Below the pieces are notes generated by a model. That model was not told the origin of the DNA, made no database searches, and worked only from the letters and a program-made list of their open reading frames with translations. A stretch of DNA of 64,000 nt, taken from the NCBI GenBank assembly GCA_963662835.3, contig CAXXVU020000002.1, positions 3,361,327 to 3,425,326 of the forward strand, read 5' to 3'. Each line of letters begins with the position of its first letter. Positions within the stretch are counted from its first letter, which is position 1. Below, piece after piece: positions 35,087-44,930 of the stretch. The position numbers and the translations under genes were made by a program. The DNA comes from Vicinamibacterales bacterium (lineage in GTDB: Bacteria; Acidobacteriota; Vicinamibacteria; Vicinamibacterales; UBA8438).

Positions 35087-37749
35087 TACCGCCCTCCGGC
35101 TCCCAGGCTGAGCAGGTTGGCGAGCAACGCGTACGCCCCCGTCGTGCCCGCGGGGAGCTGCCGCCAGAGCCCGAGTCCGACATAGATCCAGCGTCCGCGG
35201 CCCGGCTGCGCCTCCACGAGCGCCCCCCGCTTCAATCCGGGGTTGTACTCGAAGGTGTCCTCCAGCTCGACCAGATCGGCGTAGCGCTCGTCGCGCTCCC
35301 CCAGGAAGTACAGCCCGCGCTCCTGCACCCATTGCTCCCAGGTGGCCGGGCCGACCGGATTGGGCCAGGCGAAGACGGAGTGATCGTTGGCGAGAATGCG
35401 GATGGGCGCGGTCTCGTCGGTGACCCTGTTGCGGCTGACCACGGCGGGATACGGGCCGTACTGCGCCTGGTTGAACTCGAACTTGTTGTACTGGACGATG
35501 ACCGTCCCGCCGTCGTCCACGTACTCCAGCAGGCGATCGTTGTTCGCGCGCAGATCCTCGCGCCGCTCGTAGGCCCGTACGCCGGTGACGATCACGTCGA
35601 AGCGTGACAGGTCGCCCCACGCCAGATCGTCGGCGTCGATGAACTCCAGGTGCGCACCGAGCTGCTCGATGGCCGGCGGCACGGCATCTCCGACCCCTTC
35701 GATGTAGCCGACCACGAGGTCCGACGCGACGGCCACGTCGATGATCTTGAACCTGCCGGCGGCCGGGCGGCCGATGTGCCGCCGCTCGATGTGCGGGTAC
35801 TCGATCACCTGGAAGCCGCGCGTGAACCGCTCGCTGCCGTTCTCGACCGCCGCACCCACCTGGTATTCGCCTGCCGCGGCGCCGTCGGCCGACACGCGGA
35901 AGCGCACCGTGCGCGACTCGTCCGCACGCGACAGGCGCACGGGCACGCTCGCGGGAGCCGCACTCCATCCCGCGGGCAGATCGAGGACGACGGAACCTTC
36001 CGCCGCGTCGGGCCCGGTGTTGGTCACCGTGACGCGAACCTCGCGCGCGGTGCCGGAACCGGCGGGGATGATGGCGATCTCGGGCGTCATGGAGACGGCG
36101 AATCGCGGTACGACCTGCAGGTCCATCCGCTTCTCGCCCGTGAACAGGTCGTCGACGTAGCGGTTGCGGACGGGCCTTTCGACGGCGATGCGGGCCCCGT
36201 CCAGCTCCACGTCGAAGGTCGCGCGGAAAGGTGTAGGCCTGAACGGCGCACCGAAAGGCACGTCCGGCTCGAAGTCGTAGCGGTCGGCGCCCTCGACGTG
36301 GCTCCAGTGGATGTCCGTGAACCTGGCGTCGACCGGAATCCGGACGTCGCGCTTAGTGCAGAGGTACACGCCGCCGGGACCCAGCGGCGCCGCGTCGCAC
36401 TGGGAAGCGGCGTCGAAACCGGAAACGCGGACGCCGTGGATCGCCAGGTTCGCGCCGCCGTGATTCGCGGCCCGCAGCTCCAGGCCAACCGGCTGGCCGC
36501 GCGTCACCACACCGTCACCCGCGAACGCGTCGAGCTGCAGACCGTGGGCCAGTACGGCGGCCCGCTCGAACTGCCGTTCCTTGGTCTCCAGGCGGAGATC
36601 GATCTCGCGCCGGGCGTCGGCGGTCAACGCCATCGCCGGCAAGCTCCCCCTGAGGGCGCGTACGGCGTCGAGACCGGAGACGACCGGATCGCGGGCGCCG
36701 GCCATGCCCTCGGCGGCGAACCGCTCGAGCGCCGCGCGCGCCTGCCGCGCCAGCGCGGCCAGTCCGCGCTCGAGCGCGGCCGGGGCATCTTCGCCGGCGA
36801 AGCGCGCGAGCCCTGCGATGGAGGTATCCACCCCGTCGAACAGCGAGGCGTCGGCGGCCGCCGGGTGGTCCGCAATGCTCGTCTCGCCGAGACGGTAGCG
36901 CCCGCCGGCCGGGCCGGACGGCAGGGCGATGAACTGCCCCATGCCCTGGCACTTGTGCATGCCGCGCGCGAGGCTGCCGATCTCCGCCCAGGTCGCACCG
37001 AGCAGCGGGTCGTAGCCACCGAGATCGACCGTGGTCACGTTCGCGTCGCGCGCCGGCCGGAAGCGGAATCCCGGCGGGCCGACACCCATGCCGAAGGGGA
37101 ATCCTACGCGGAAATAGAACTTCCGCGCCTGCCAGGGAGCCAACCCTGCGGCGATCTGCTCCGGAAAGCGTTCCGGATCCGCGGCGGCGTGCCACGCCTC
37201 GTGCGCCAGCACCGCCGACGCCTGGTGATGCTGGCCGCCGCCGCGCCCCTCCGGCGACATGGCGGAGACCACATCGGGCCGGATGGTGCGGATCATCCGA
37301 ACGAAGTCGCCCAGGATCTCCTCCCGGCCCCACCGCTCGAAGGTCTCCTCGATGCTGAACGAGTACCCGAAGTCGACGGCGCGCGTGAAGTACTGCTCGG
37401 CGCCGTCCAGGCGGTGCGCGGCGTGCAGCTCCTCGGTCCGCAGAACGGCCAGGGCATCGAACAGCTCGGGGCCGATCTCGTTCTGCCCTCCGTCACCGCG
37501 TGTCGCCGAGAGCAGCACGGTACGGTGGCCTTCCCCCTTCGACAGACGCGCCAGCAGCGCGTTGTTCTCGTCGTCGGGATGGGCCACGATCGACAGGAAG
37601 ACGCCCGTGCTGTTCAACGCGCGAAGGGCCACCCCGAGCGCCGCCCGACCCGCGCCGGATTCGAGCGGCTGGGCCTGGACCGCGGTCGCGAGGACGCCGA
37701 CGGTGACCAGGAGCGATACGGCAAACGCAGCGAATCGATAGGCGTGCAT
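35086..37749 (-). CDS. Large secreted PIG-L/LmbE-family deacetylase-domain protein with a GATase1-like (ThuA/DUF4159-like) C-terminal domain
   Basis: The start is MHAYRFAAFAVSLLVTVGVLATAVQAQ. The PIG-L signature is IVAHPDDEN...GGGQHHQA. The C-terminal part is ...FDVIVTGVRAYE...GGTVIVQYNK. Confidence 0.7.
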   Translation of the reverse strand: MHAYRFAAFAVSLLVTVGVLATAVQAQPLESGAGRAALGVALRALNSTGVFLSIVAHPDDENNALLARLSKGEGHRTVLLSATRGDGGQNEIGPELFDALAVLRTEELHAAHRLDGAEQYFTRAVDFGYSFSIEETFERWGREEILGDFVRMIRTIRPDVVSAMSPEGRGGGQHHQASAVLAHEAWHAAADPERFPEQIAAGLAPWQARKFYFRVGFPFGMGVGPPGFRFRPARDANVTTVDLGGYDPLLGATWAEIGSLARGMHKCQGMGQFIALPSGPAGGRYRLGETSIADHPAAADASLFDGVDTSIAGLARFAGEDAPAALERGLAALARQARAALERFAAEGMAGARDPVVSGLDAVRALRGSLPAMALTADARREIDLRLETKERQFERAAVLAHGLQLDAFAGDGVVTRGQPVGLELRAANHGGANLAIHGVRVSGFDAASQCDAAPLGPGGVYLCTKRDVRIPVDARFTDIHWSHVEGADRYDFEPDVPFGAPFRPTPFRATFDVELDGARIAVERPVRNRYVDDLFTGEKRMDLQVVPRFAVSMTPEIAIIPAGSGTAREVRVTVTNTGPDAAEGSVVLDLPAGWSAAPASVPVRLSRADESRTVRFRVSADGAAAGEYQVGAAVENGSERFTRGFQVIEYPHIERRHIGRPAAGRFKIIDVAVASDLVVGYIEGVGDAVPPAIEQLGAHLEFIDADDLAWGDLSRFDVIVTGVRAYERREDLRANNDRLLEYVDDGGTVIVQYNKFEFNQAQYGPYPAVVSRNRVTDETAPIRILANDHSVFAWPNPVGPATWEQWVQERGLYFLGERDERYADLVELEDTFEYNPGLKRGALVEAQPGRGRWIYVGLGLWRQLPAGTTGAYALLANLLSLGAGGR

Positions 37750-37810
37750 GGTACCCCCAGTGTGCCGGCCGGTCCGCCGTCCCGGCTGGCGTTCTCTTGC
37801 GAAGCAGGAC

Positions 37811-37833
37811 GAAATGTTATAGTATTGCGTATC
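37811..37833. promoter_or_regulatory. Candidate Zur box in the divergent intergenic region
   Basis: In GAAATGTTATAGTATTGCGTATC, the left half matches the recalled proteobacterial Zur consensus GAAATGTTATAnTATAACATTTC. The right half is degenerate. The site lies 24 nt upstream of zur. Confidence 0.45.
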
Positions 37834-37856
37834 CCTGCTGCAAGTTGAGACAGGCG

Positions 37857-38399
37857 ATGACGAAACCGCCGACCCGACCCAGGCCGTGCACCGATCCGGA
37901 TTGCCGCAGGCGGCACTCGCCACGCGAACGGGTCGCGCTCGCCGCATCGATTTGCGAGGGGCGCGGCGTACAGATGACAGCGCTGCGGAGGCGTATCCTG
38001 GAACTGCTCTGGGCGAGCGGTCGGCCGACGGGCGCCTACGAGCTGATCGAAGCGGTCACGCGCAGAGATTCGCGGCCGGTCGGACCGCCGACCGTGTACC
38101 GGGCGCTCGAGTTCCTGATGCTGCAGGGCCTCGTTTCCAGGATCGAGAGCCTCAACGCCTACGTCCCGTGCGTGCATCCCGAGCGCGACCACGAGTGCCT
38201 GTTCTTCATCTGCAGCCGCTGCCGGGCGTCGGTCGAGATCGAGGATCCGCGGATCGGAGGACTGCTTGCCGAGGATGCCGCCGTCCTCGGGTTTGTCGCG
38301 ACACGTCGCACGGTCGAGGTGGAGGGCATGTGTGCGCAGTGTGCAGAAGTCTCGTGTCCGCGGCGTGACGGCGAGGTGCTCGCAGGGAGCAAGGAGTGA
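37857..38399 (+). CDS. zur: Fur-family zinc uptake regulator (Zur)
   Basis: The winged-helix segment is ...RRRILELLWASGRPTGAYELIEAV...VYRALEFLMLQGLV.... It is followed by H.ERDHECLFFICSRC...CAQC metal sites. Confidence 0.7.
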   Translation: MTKPPTRPRPCTDPDCRRRHSPRERVALAASICEGRGVQMTALRRRILELLWASGRPTGAYELIEAVTRRDSRPVGPPTVYRALEFLMLQGLVSRIESLNAYVPCVHPERDHECLFFICSRCRASVEIEDPRIGGLLAEDAAVLGFVATRRTVEVEGMCAQCAEVSCPRRDGEVLAGSKE

Positions 38400-39538
38400 A
38401 GACCATGGATGACATCACGCGACGGACGTTCTTCGGTCGAGCGGCGGCGGGGGGCCTCGGGGCCGCGGCGGTAACGGCTGGTCTGCCCGGCTCGATGCGC
38501 GCTCGTGCCCAGACCCGGCGCACGGCGGCGCCGAGCGGTCCTCGCGCCGACTGGCTGGCGTTGACCGACGAGGCGGTGCTGGAGCCGGAGCTGCCCATCA
38601 TCGACCCGCACCACCATCTGTGGGAGCGCCCCGGCAACCGCTACCTGTTGGACGAGCTGCTCGAGGACACCAACACGCACAACGTCCGTCAGACCGTCTT
38701 CGTCGAGTGCTCCTCGATGTATCGCGCGGACGGTCCGGAGGAGCTCCGTGTCGTGGGCGAGACGGAGTTCGTGCAGGGCGTCGCCGCCATGAGCGCGAGC
38801 GGCCAGTACGGTGAGACCCGGGTGGCGACCGGCATCGTGGGGTCGGCAAACCTGCGCCTCGGTGACCGCGTGGCGGCGGTGCTCGAGGCGCAGGTCGCCG
38901 CCAGCCCGCAGCGCTTCCGGGGCGTCCGCCATCGGGCCGCCTGGGCGGAGCCGCCCGTCGTGGCGCGGCGTCCGACCGGGCCCGAGCATCTGCTCCTCGA
39001 TCCCGAGTTCCGTCGTGGCTACGCGCACCTGCGTCCCTACGGGCTCACGTTCGAGGGCTGGATCTATCACACCCACATCGCCGACCTGGCCGACCTCGCG
39101 GACGCGTTCCCCGACACGATCATCATCTTCAACCACCTCGGCGGGCCCATCGGTATCGGGCCCTACGCCGGACGCCGCGACGAGGTCTTCGAGGTCTGGA
39201 AGCCCGCGGTGACCGAGCTGGCCCGACGTCCGAACGTGGTGGCGAAGGTGGGCGGGATCCAGATGGTCGTCAACGGCTACGGCTGGCACGAGCGCGACCG
39301 GCCGCCGACCTCGGACGAGTTGCTCGAGGCCAACGGCGACTGGTATCGCCACATCATCGAGGCGTTCGGGCCGCGGCGCTGCATGTTCGAGAGCAACTTC
39401 CCGGTCGACAAGCTGTCGTGCTCGTACACCGTGCTCTGGAACCAGTTCAAGAAGCTGACGCGGGGGTTCTCGGCCGACGAGCGGGCGGCGATGTTCCACG
39501 ACACCGCGTTGCGCGTCTACCGGCTCCCGCGGGTCTGA
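38396..39538 (+). CDS. Tat-exported amidohydrolase-family (metal-dependent TIM-barrel hydrolase) protein
   Basis: The twin-arginine signal is ITRRTFFGRAAAGGLGAAAV. PIIDPHHHLWER is typical of the amidohydrolase_2 family. It overlaps the zur stop. Confidence 0.7.
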   Translation: MKTMDDITRRTFFGRAAAGGLGAAAVTAGLPGSMRARAQTRRTAAPSGPRADWLALTDEAVLEPELPIIDPHHHLWERPGNRYLLDELLEDTNTHNVRQTVFVECSSMYRADGPEELRVVGETEFVQGVAAMSASGQYGETRVATGIVGSANLRLGDRVAAVLEAQVAASPQRFRGVRHRAAWAEPPVVARRPTGPEHLLLDPEFRRGYAHLRPYGLTFEGWIYHTHIADLADLADAFPDTIIIFNHLGGPIGIGPYAGRRDEVFEVWKPAVTELARRPNVVAKVGGIQMVVNGYGWHERDRPPTSDELLEANGDWYRHIIEAFGPRRCMFESNFPVDKLSCSYTVLWNQFKKLTRGFSADERAAMFHDTALRVYRLPRV

Positions 39539-39730
39539 AATCGCAAGAGACGCAGGACGGGAGGCACGGGCGAGACCAGACGGGGTCCCGTCCGTGGGCG
39601 GTAGGCCCCGCGGGCGAGACGACGGTCGAGCGCCTCCGGGTCTTGGTGCCCGAAAGGGGCGTTCCGGGACCCGATCCGACCCGAACGCGGTAGAGGCGGT
39701 CCTGGTCGGGAAAGCGCCGAAACCCAACAG

Positions 39731-39761
39731 AAAAGGCCCTTTTCCTTGGGGGAAAAGGGCC
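39731..39761 (-). terminator. Rho-independent terminator-like hairpin downstream of tRNA-Arg, between convergent genes
   Basis: The 11-bp perfect stem is ggcccttttcc / ggaaaagggcc with loop ttggg. On the minus strand it is followed by TTTT. Confidence 0.6.
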
Positions 39762-39769
39762 TCAAGAGT

Positions 39770-39846
<77 letters not shown>

Positions 39847-39857
39847 GTGCTTTGGAA

Positions 39858-40560
39858 TCAATAACTTACAGATACCGTCCCATCTCTGCCAGCCGTTTCT
39901 GCCGGCCGAATCGCCCGCGAAACCGGCGCCGGCGACTGGTCCGCACGCTCCAGACGCGCGATCGCGTCGGCGTGCTTCTGCAACTGCGGCGGGGCGTAGA
40001 TCATCGTCGTCTCGGGGTCCGTGTGCCCGTAGAGATCCTGGATGTCAGCCACGTCCGATCCCGTCCGCCGCAGCCCCGTCGCGAACGAGTGCCGAATCTG
40101 ATACACGGTGAACGCAGGACGACCCGCCTTCCGGGCCGCCCGCTCCAACGCCTTGTTCGCACTCGGGCACGACCAGCGCCCGTAGGCCTGGGCGGCGGTG
40201 AATTCGCGAGCCGCCTTCAGCCCTTCACCGACCAGCGGGATCGCCGCCAGCCGTCCTCCCTTGCCGCGTGGCACGACGACGAACGGCGTCGGCTCGTTGA
40301 GGCGGAAGTCCTCCGGCTGCAATCGCGCCATCCGGGAAGGCCGCATGCCGGTCCAGTGCATTGGCCCTAAGCGTACTACGGTCTTGGACCCCGGCGTCAA
40401 CTGCGCCAGCACCTCCGCGATGTGCGTGCGCTCGATCCACCGCGGCTTCGGTGCCGGGGCCGCGAACCGTGCGAGATCCACGAATTCGGCCGCGGCGCGG
40501 CGGCCATACAGGGTCTTGACGAGGTTCGTGAGCGCGTCGCGCCGATGGTTGAGGGAGAAG
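39858..40560 (-). pseudogene. Tyrosine recombinase/integrase, catalytic domain only (N-terminally truncated), ending 11 nt upstream of the tRNA-Arg 5' end
   Basis: Box II-like motifs are ...FTVYQIRHSFATGL...DIQDLYGHTDPETTMIYA. The frame is open upstream to ~40560 with no plausible start. Only ~235 codons remain. Confidence 0.7.
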
Positions 40561-40564
40561 CTGG

Positions 40565-40627
40565 TTGCTCTACCTGCTCGACGCCAACGTGCTGATTGAC
40601 GCGAACCGCGACTACTATCCCATCGGG
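40565..40627 (+). pseudogene. ~20-codon N-terminal fragment of a PIN-like (DUF4411-type) protein
   Basis: (M)LYLLDANVLIDANRDYYPIG resembles the recalled DUF4411 start. Homology is lost where the thyX 3' end begins. Confidence 0.35.
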
Positions 40628-40632
40628 CGCGT

Positions 40633-42294
40633 TCAGGAGACGGGGCCGGGATTCCGGGCGCCCTCGTGTGCGGCGGCGCGTCCGGTTGCGCGCTTCCGGT
40701 CGATGGCGCGCTCGGAGGCGAGGCGCTCGAGCTCGACCGCCGAGTGGTCCACGAACGTCATCGCGGCCGCGAGCGCGGCGTGGCCCGCCTGTTCGGCGAT
40801 GAGCCGGTGCATCCGCTGGCACACGCGCCGGTAGGCCGGATGGCCCTGCGGCGACGTCCTCAGCTCGATGACGTGCATCGCCTCCCGCGCGTTCATCCGC
40901 ATGTAGAAGCGGATGCGGTAGGCCATCGAGACGGCGTACTGCGCGACGGCCGGCGAGCACCGTCCGGCCAGGTGGTCGTAGAGCCCGGCCGAGTCGTCCA
41001 TCACGCGCTTCCAGTCCGCGAGCGCGCCGACCTCCTCCACCGCGTCGGGGTGGCCGGCGCAACCGTGCCGCGTCGTCAGGTCCTGCCACTCCAGGGTCAG
41101 CATCCGGTGCCGCTGCAGGTCCCGGAAGGCGCCGTAGTCCGAGACCACGTCGAACGTGTAGGAGGCATGCTCGAAGGCGCGGCCCGGACGGTGCCGGCGG
41201 TTCTCCCGGTCGCCGGCGTACGTCCGGAGCACGCGGACCCGCTCTTCGGTCGTCATGCCGCGCGCTACGGCCAGCAGGCGGTCGAGCGGGAGCCGGGAAG
41301 CGGGGTAGAGGGCCGCCGCCACCACCTTGATCTCGCCGTCGGGGTCGAACTCGGTCAGCGTGACCTCGTCGCGTGAATCGTCCGCGCAGGCGGCCGTCAG
41401 CTCCTCGGCAAGGGCCCGCGTCTCGCGCTCGCGCGCCCGCAGATAGTCGCTCCAGCGGACGCCGCGGTCCGGCCGGTCGACCCGTTGCAGGAACGCCGGG
41501 ATCACCCGCCGCAGCTCGCCGAGCATCAGGCCGGCCACCTCGCGGGTCTCGGCCAGCGGATGGGCGCGCATCCGGAGCAGCAGCATCTCGCAGGCCTGGC
41601 CGGAGCCGTAGATGCCGACGTTCGAGCGGGTGGCCGCCGGCAGCAGGCCGCGCAGGCTGTCGAGGGCCTTCGCGCGGATCACGGCGCGATAGACCGCGTC
41701 CGAGTCCGCGGCCGACTGCGGGTTCCGCGCCCGGAAGTACGCCTGCAGCGGTTCGATCCAGCGCGCGTAGGTCTCGAACGCACGGTCCAGCGTGGCCTCG
41801 AACGCCCGGCGGTCCGCGTCGTCCTCGAGCTCGGCCGGAACGACGTACTTCCAGCGCCCCCCCGGCCGGTCGGTGTAGGGCACATAGCGCGTCGACTGCT
41901 CGAGGTAGGCCATCAGCCGGCCGCGCTCGAGCACCTTGGTCAGGATGTTCGAGACGCCCTCGCAGGCGATGTGCGCGCCGCCGAGCTGCGCCACCGAGTC
42001 GTCGCCGTACTGATCGAAGACCCGGCGGTACAGGCGCTCCGCACGCTCGCGGCCCGGCGCGGCGCGCGCGCCGGCGGCGTCGGGGCCGGTTTCGGCCCCG
42101 TCGGAGAACTCGTCGAGGAAGAGGCGGCGCAGCGACTTGGCCGACCGCGAGTACCGCGCGAAGAGCGCCCCCTTGACCGCTTCCGGGAGGTTGGTCAGGA
42201 CGAAGACCGGCCGATCGGTGTTGCCGAAGCAGGGCGCCAGCGCGGCGGTCTCCGCGTCGGTGAAGCGCTCCGGCGCCGCCAGCGTCGTATGCAC
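40633..42294 (-). CDS. thyX: FAD-dependent thymidylate synthase ThyX, double-length (tandem-domain) form
   Basis: ...AVKGALFARYSRS...LRDLQRHRMLTLEWQ... contains the ThyX RHR motif. Length is ~553 aa from the GTG at 42292-42294. An upstream ATG at 42459 is possible. Confidence 0.75.
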   Translation of the reverse strand: MHTTLAAPERFTDAETAALAPCFGNTDRPVFVLTNLPEAVKGALFARYSRSAKSLRRLFLDEFSDGAETGPDAAGARAAPGRERAERLYRRVFDQYGDDSVAQLGGAHIACEGVSNILTKVLERGRLMAYLEQSTRYVPYTDRPGGRWKYVVPAELEDDADRRAFEATLDRAFETYARWIEPLQAYFRARNPQSAADSDAVYRAVIRAKALDSLRGLLPAATRSNVGIYGSGQACEMLLLRMRAHPLAETREVAGLMLGELRRVIPAFLQRVDRPDRGVRWSDYLRARERETRALAEELTAACADDSRDEVTLTEFDPDGEIKVVAAALYPASRLPLDRLLAVARGMTTEERVRVLRTYAGDRENRRHRPGRAFEHASYTFDVVSDYGAFRDLQRHRMLTLEWQDLTTRHGCAGHPDAVEEVGALADWKRVMDDSAGLYDHLAGRCSPAVAQYAVSMAYRIRFYMRMNAREAMHVIELRTSPQGHPAYRRVCQRMHRLIAEQAGHAALAAAMTFVDHSAVELERLASERAIDRKRATGRAAAHEGARNPGPVS

Positions 42295-42337
42295 ACGGTA
42301 GGATACACAAGCCCCGGCGGCCGCACTATCCGTGCGT

Positions 42338-42475
42338 GCAGTGGAGACGGCCCTGCTCGGGGAGGCAGGCTGTCTGGTCACCGGGGACCAAGACCTGCTG
42401 GAGATGTCACCATTTCGGGGGATCCCGATCATCAGCCCCGCAGAGCTGTTGCGCTCCATACAAGACCGAGACTAA
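42338..42475 (+). pseudogene. C-terminal fragment of a PIN-family toxin component
   Basis: AVETALLGEAGCLVTGDQDLLEMSPFRGIPIISPAELLRSIQDRD* matches the recalled '...YLVTGDKDLL.L....GI.I..P.EFL' ending. No N-terminal part is present. Confidence 0.4.
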
Positions 42476-42545
42476 CTGGTATGGAACGCCCCCTGTCGTT
42501 CAACTCTCCACGACACAGGTGCGACAGCCGGATGTGCCTGGGCTA

Positions 42546-42705
42546 GCAGCCCGTGGTGGAACCCCGCGTGGCACCGAGAGCGGCGAGGCGCCCGTCTGGC
42601 AAGGCGTGAGAAGGGCGCATATTGGGCATATGTAACCGCCGAACAACGCAGTCAGGCGGGATGCATCGCCGCTCGAATGCAGCGGGGACTTTCGCCATGG
42701 GCTGC
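42546..42705 (-). mobile_element. 160-bp MITE-like element, copy 3 (inverted)
   Basis: Its reverse complement differs from copy 1 at 1 position by eye. It is flanked by TA/TA and ends 3 nt upstream of the ATG at 42709. Confidence 0.8.
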
Positions 42706-42708
42706 TAG

Positions 42709-43273
42709 ATGCGCATCCTGTTCTCCTCCCACTACTTCCCGCCGGAGGACCGCGGCCGGTCGCAACGGCTGGACGGCGTCATCGCGGCCGCGCTTGCGAC
42801 GGGCCTTGCGAACCGCCTGCGACTTGCCGGCGTCGCAACGGCTGGACGGCGTCATCGCGGCCGCGCTCGTGCTGGGCCGGCAAGCACTGGGCATCGAGCC
42901 GCCGGCGGCCACCGGGGCGTTGCGCGCCCGGGATCCGCGAACACGCTTCATCGCCGGCCTCTCGCGGCGCACCTGGATTCCCTGCGGCGGCCTGCGGAGC
43001 ATCGTTCGGGAGGCGGCGATGCGGCTGGGCAGGCTCTTCATCGGCAGCGGCACGCGGTACGTCCTTCGCGAGACGAGCCGAAGCCTGCTGCAACCGCATG
43101 ACTTCGGCGCGCTCGACCTGCCGGACCGCCTGTTCTGGCTCTACTACCTCTTGCGCCCGGTGCTCTGGATCCGGCGGGCGCTCGGCAGGCGGGAATCGTG
43201 GAAGGCCGTCTACCCGGCGGGGAAGGGCAAGCGGCGCCCCGGCCGCGGCGGGGGAACCGCTCCGGCGGACTGA
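42709..43273 (+). pseudogene. Degenerate glycosyltransferase (GT4-like N-terminus only)
   Basis: MRILFSSHYFPPE is a classic GT4 start, but the remainder is not GT-like in any single frame. It contains a 36-bp direct repeat (42759-42794 and 42832-42867). Confidence 0.3.
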
Positions 43274-43307
43274 TCGTTCCGTGGCCCGGCCATCGTCGAG
43301 CGCCCGA

Positions 43308-44381
43308 TCACGCTTCGGCGAGCACGCCGGCGATTCGCTCCGCCGCCCGTCCGTCCCACAGCGCCGGGCGGCCGGCGGCGCGGCGCCTGTCGCCGGCCAG
43401 CAGCGACCCGACGGCGCTGCGGAGACGTTCGGGGTCGCGGCCGACCACCGTGTTCGTGCCCTCGCGCACCGTTACCGGACGCTCGGTCGTGTCCCGTACC
43501 GTGATGCAGGGCACGCCGAGCCAGGTGGTCTCCTCCTGCACGCCTCCCGAATCGGTGACCACCAACGCGGCCCCGCGCTCCAGCGACACGAAGTCCAGGT
43601 ACCCTAGCGGCTCCGTCAGGTGCAGCGCGGGAGCGCTCGACAGCGCCGCGGCGAGGCGTGCGCGGCTGCGCGGATGGACGGGGAACACCACCGGCACGCG
43701 GGTCGAGATCTCCGCCAGCACGGCCAGGACGTCCACGAACACGCCGCCGCCGTCGACGGTGGCGGGACGGTGCAGGGTGGCCAGGACGTACCGCGTCCCG
43801 GACGGGATGCCCAGGCGCTCCAGCACGGCGCCGGTGTCCGTGCGCGGCAGCAAGCGAGCCAGCGTGTCGATCATGACGTTGCCGACGCAGTGGATGCGCT
43901 CCGCCGGCACGCCTTCGCGCGCCAGGTTGCCGTCGGCGTCGGGCGACGGGGTGAAGAGCAGGTCGGCCAGGTGATCGGTCACGATCCGGTTCCGCTCTTC
44001 CGGCATCGTCCGGTCGCCGGACCGCAGCCCCGCCTCCACGTGGACGAGGCGGACCCCGTGCTGCGCGGCCGCGAGCGCCCCGGCCAGCGTGGAGGTGACG
44101 TCGCCGTAGACGACGCACGCGTCGGGCCGGAAACGCCCGAAGAGCGGGTCCAGCCCCAGCAGCATGCGGCCGGTCTGCACGGTGGGCGAAGCGGGTCCGA
44201 CGTCGAGGGCGGCGTCGGGCTGCGGCAGGTCGAGCTGGTCGAAGAACACCGCCGACATGCCCGCTTCGTAGTGCTGGCCGGTATGCACCAGGGTCTGCCT
44301 CGCTCGCCCGCGCATCGCGCGCATGACCGGCGCCGCCTTCACGAAGTTCGGGCGCGCCCCGACGACGTGCAGGATCTTCAT
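43308..44381 (-). CDS. wecB: UDP-N-acetylglucosamine 2-epimerase (non-hydrolysing)
   Basis: MKILHVVGARPNFVKAAPV...VHTGQHY...PEERNR..TDHLADLLF...VGNVMID... are hallmark WecB motifs. Length is 357 aa. Confidence 0.9.
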   Translation of the reverse strand: MKILHVVGARPNFVKAAPVMRAMRGRARQTLVHTGQHYEAGMSAVFFDQLDLPQPDAALDVGPASPTVQTGRMLLGLDPLFGRFRPDACVVYGDVTSTLAGALAAAQHGVRLVHVEAGLRSGDRTMPEERNRIVTDHLADLLFTPSPDADGNLAREGVPAERIHCVGNVMIDTLARLLPRTDTGAVLERLGIPSGTRYVLATLHRPATVDGGGVFVDVLAVLAEISTRVPVVFPVHPRSRARLAAALSSAPALHLTEPLGYLDFVSLERGAALVVTDSGGVQEETTWLGVPCITVRDTTERPVTVREGTNTVVGRDPERLRSAVGSLLAGDRRRAAGRPALWDGRAAERIAGVLAEA

Positions 44382-44930
44382 GCGCTGTGCCCGTCACCCG
44401 GAAGCACGCACCGGGCGGGCTTCGGCGCGGGGCGGGGCGGGATTGCCGCGCGCAGGGACGACACGACGCGGCCGATGACCCGGAGTGACCCGGGGGGATC
44501 CATGCCGTGCTGCACCATCTCTGTTATCCGGAACCAGGAAACCCTATCCCACGCATTGGCCGTGCCGCAAAGGGGGAGGAATGACACGGGGTGGGTAGTT
44601 GCAAATTGTCCGGCATTGGATCGGAAACTACCCGACCGGTAGCCTCTACTATGGAAGATTGCGTGAAAACTACCAGTCCTCATAAGGAAGCATGGGCGGC
44701 GGCGGGCGGGCAGCGTGAACCTGCCTCCTTCAGGGATCCCGCATGCGCGTTCCCGCCTCCGCGCCGCGACCGTGTTCGCTCGTATCGCGACCGTGTTCGC
44801 TTGTATCGTCCGCCGGGTTCGATCTACTGTGGTGTGCCGTCCGGCACGGAGCCTCGTTCGGAGGTCACCCATCGTGAAACGACTGTCGCGGGCCGCGTGG
44901 GTTCGTGCGTCTGGATGAAGTGACGGATTC

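Noticed and set aside
44635-44650. ops/JUMPStart-like element (GGCGGTAG) upstream of the polysaccharide genes, suggested by 'gaccggtagcc'.
   Set aside because: It is not an exact match to the 8-bp ops core. The orientation and gene context (a truncated downstream gene) do not support RfaH-type antitermination. More likely it belongs to the GGGTAGTT motif cluster.
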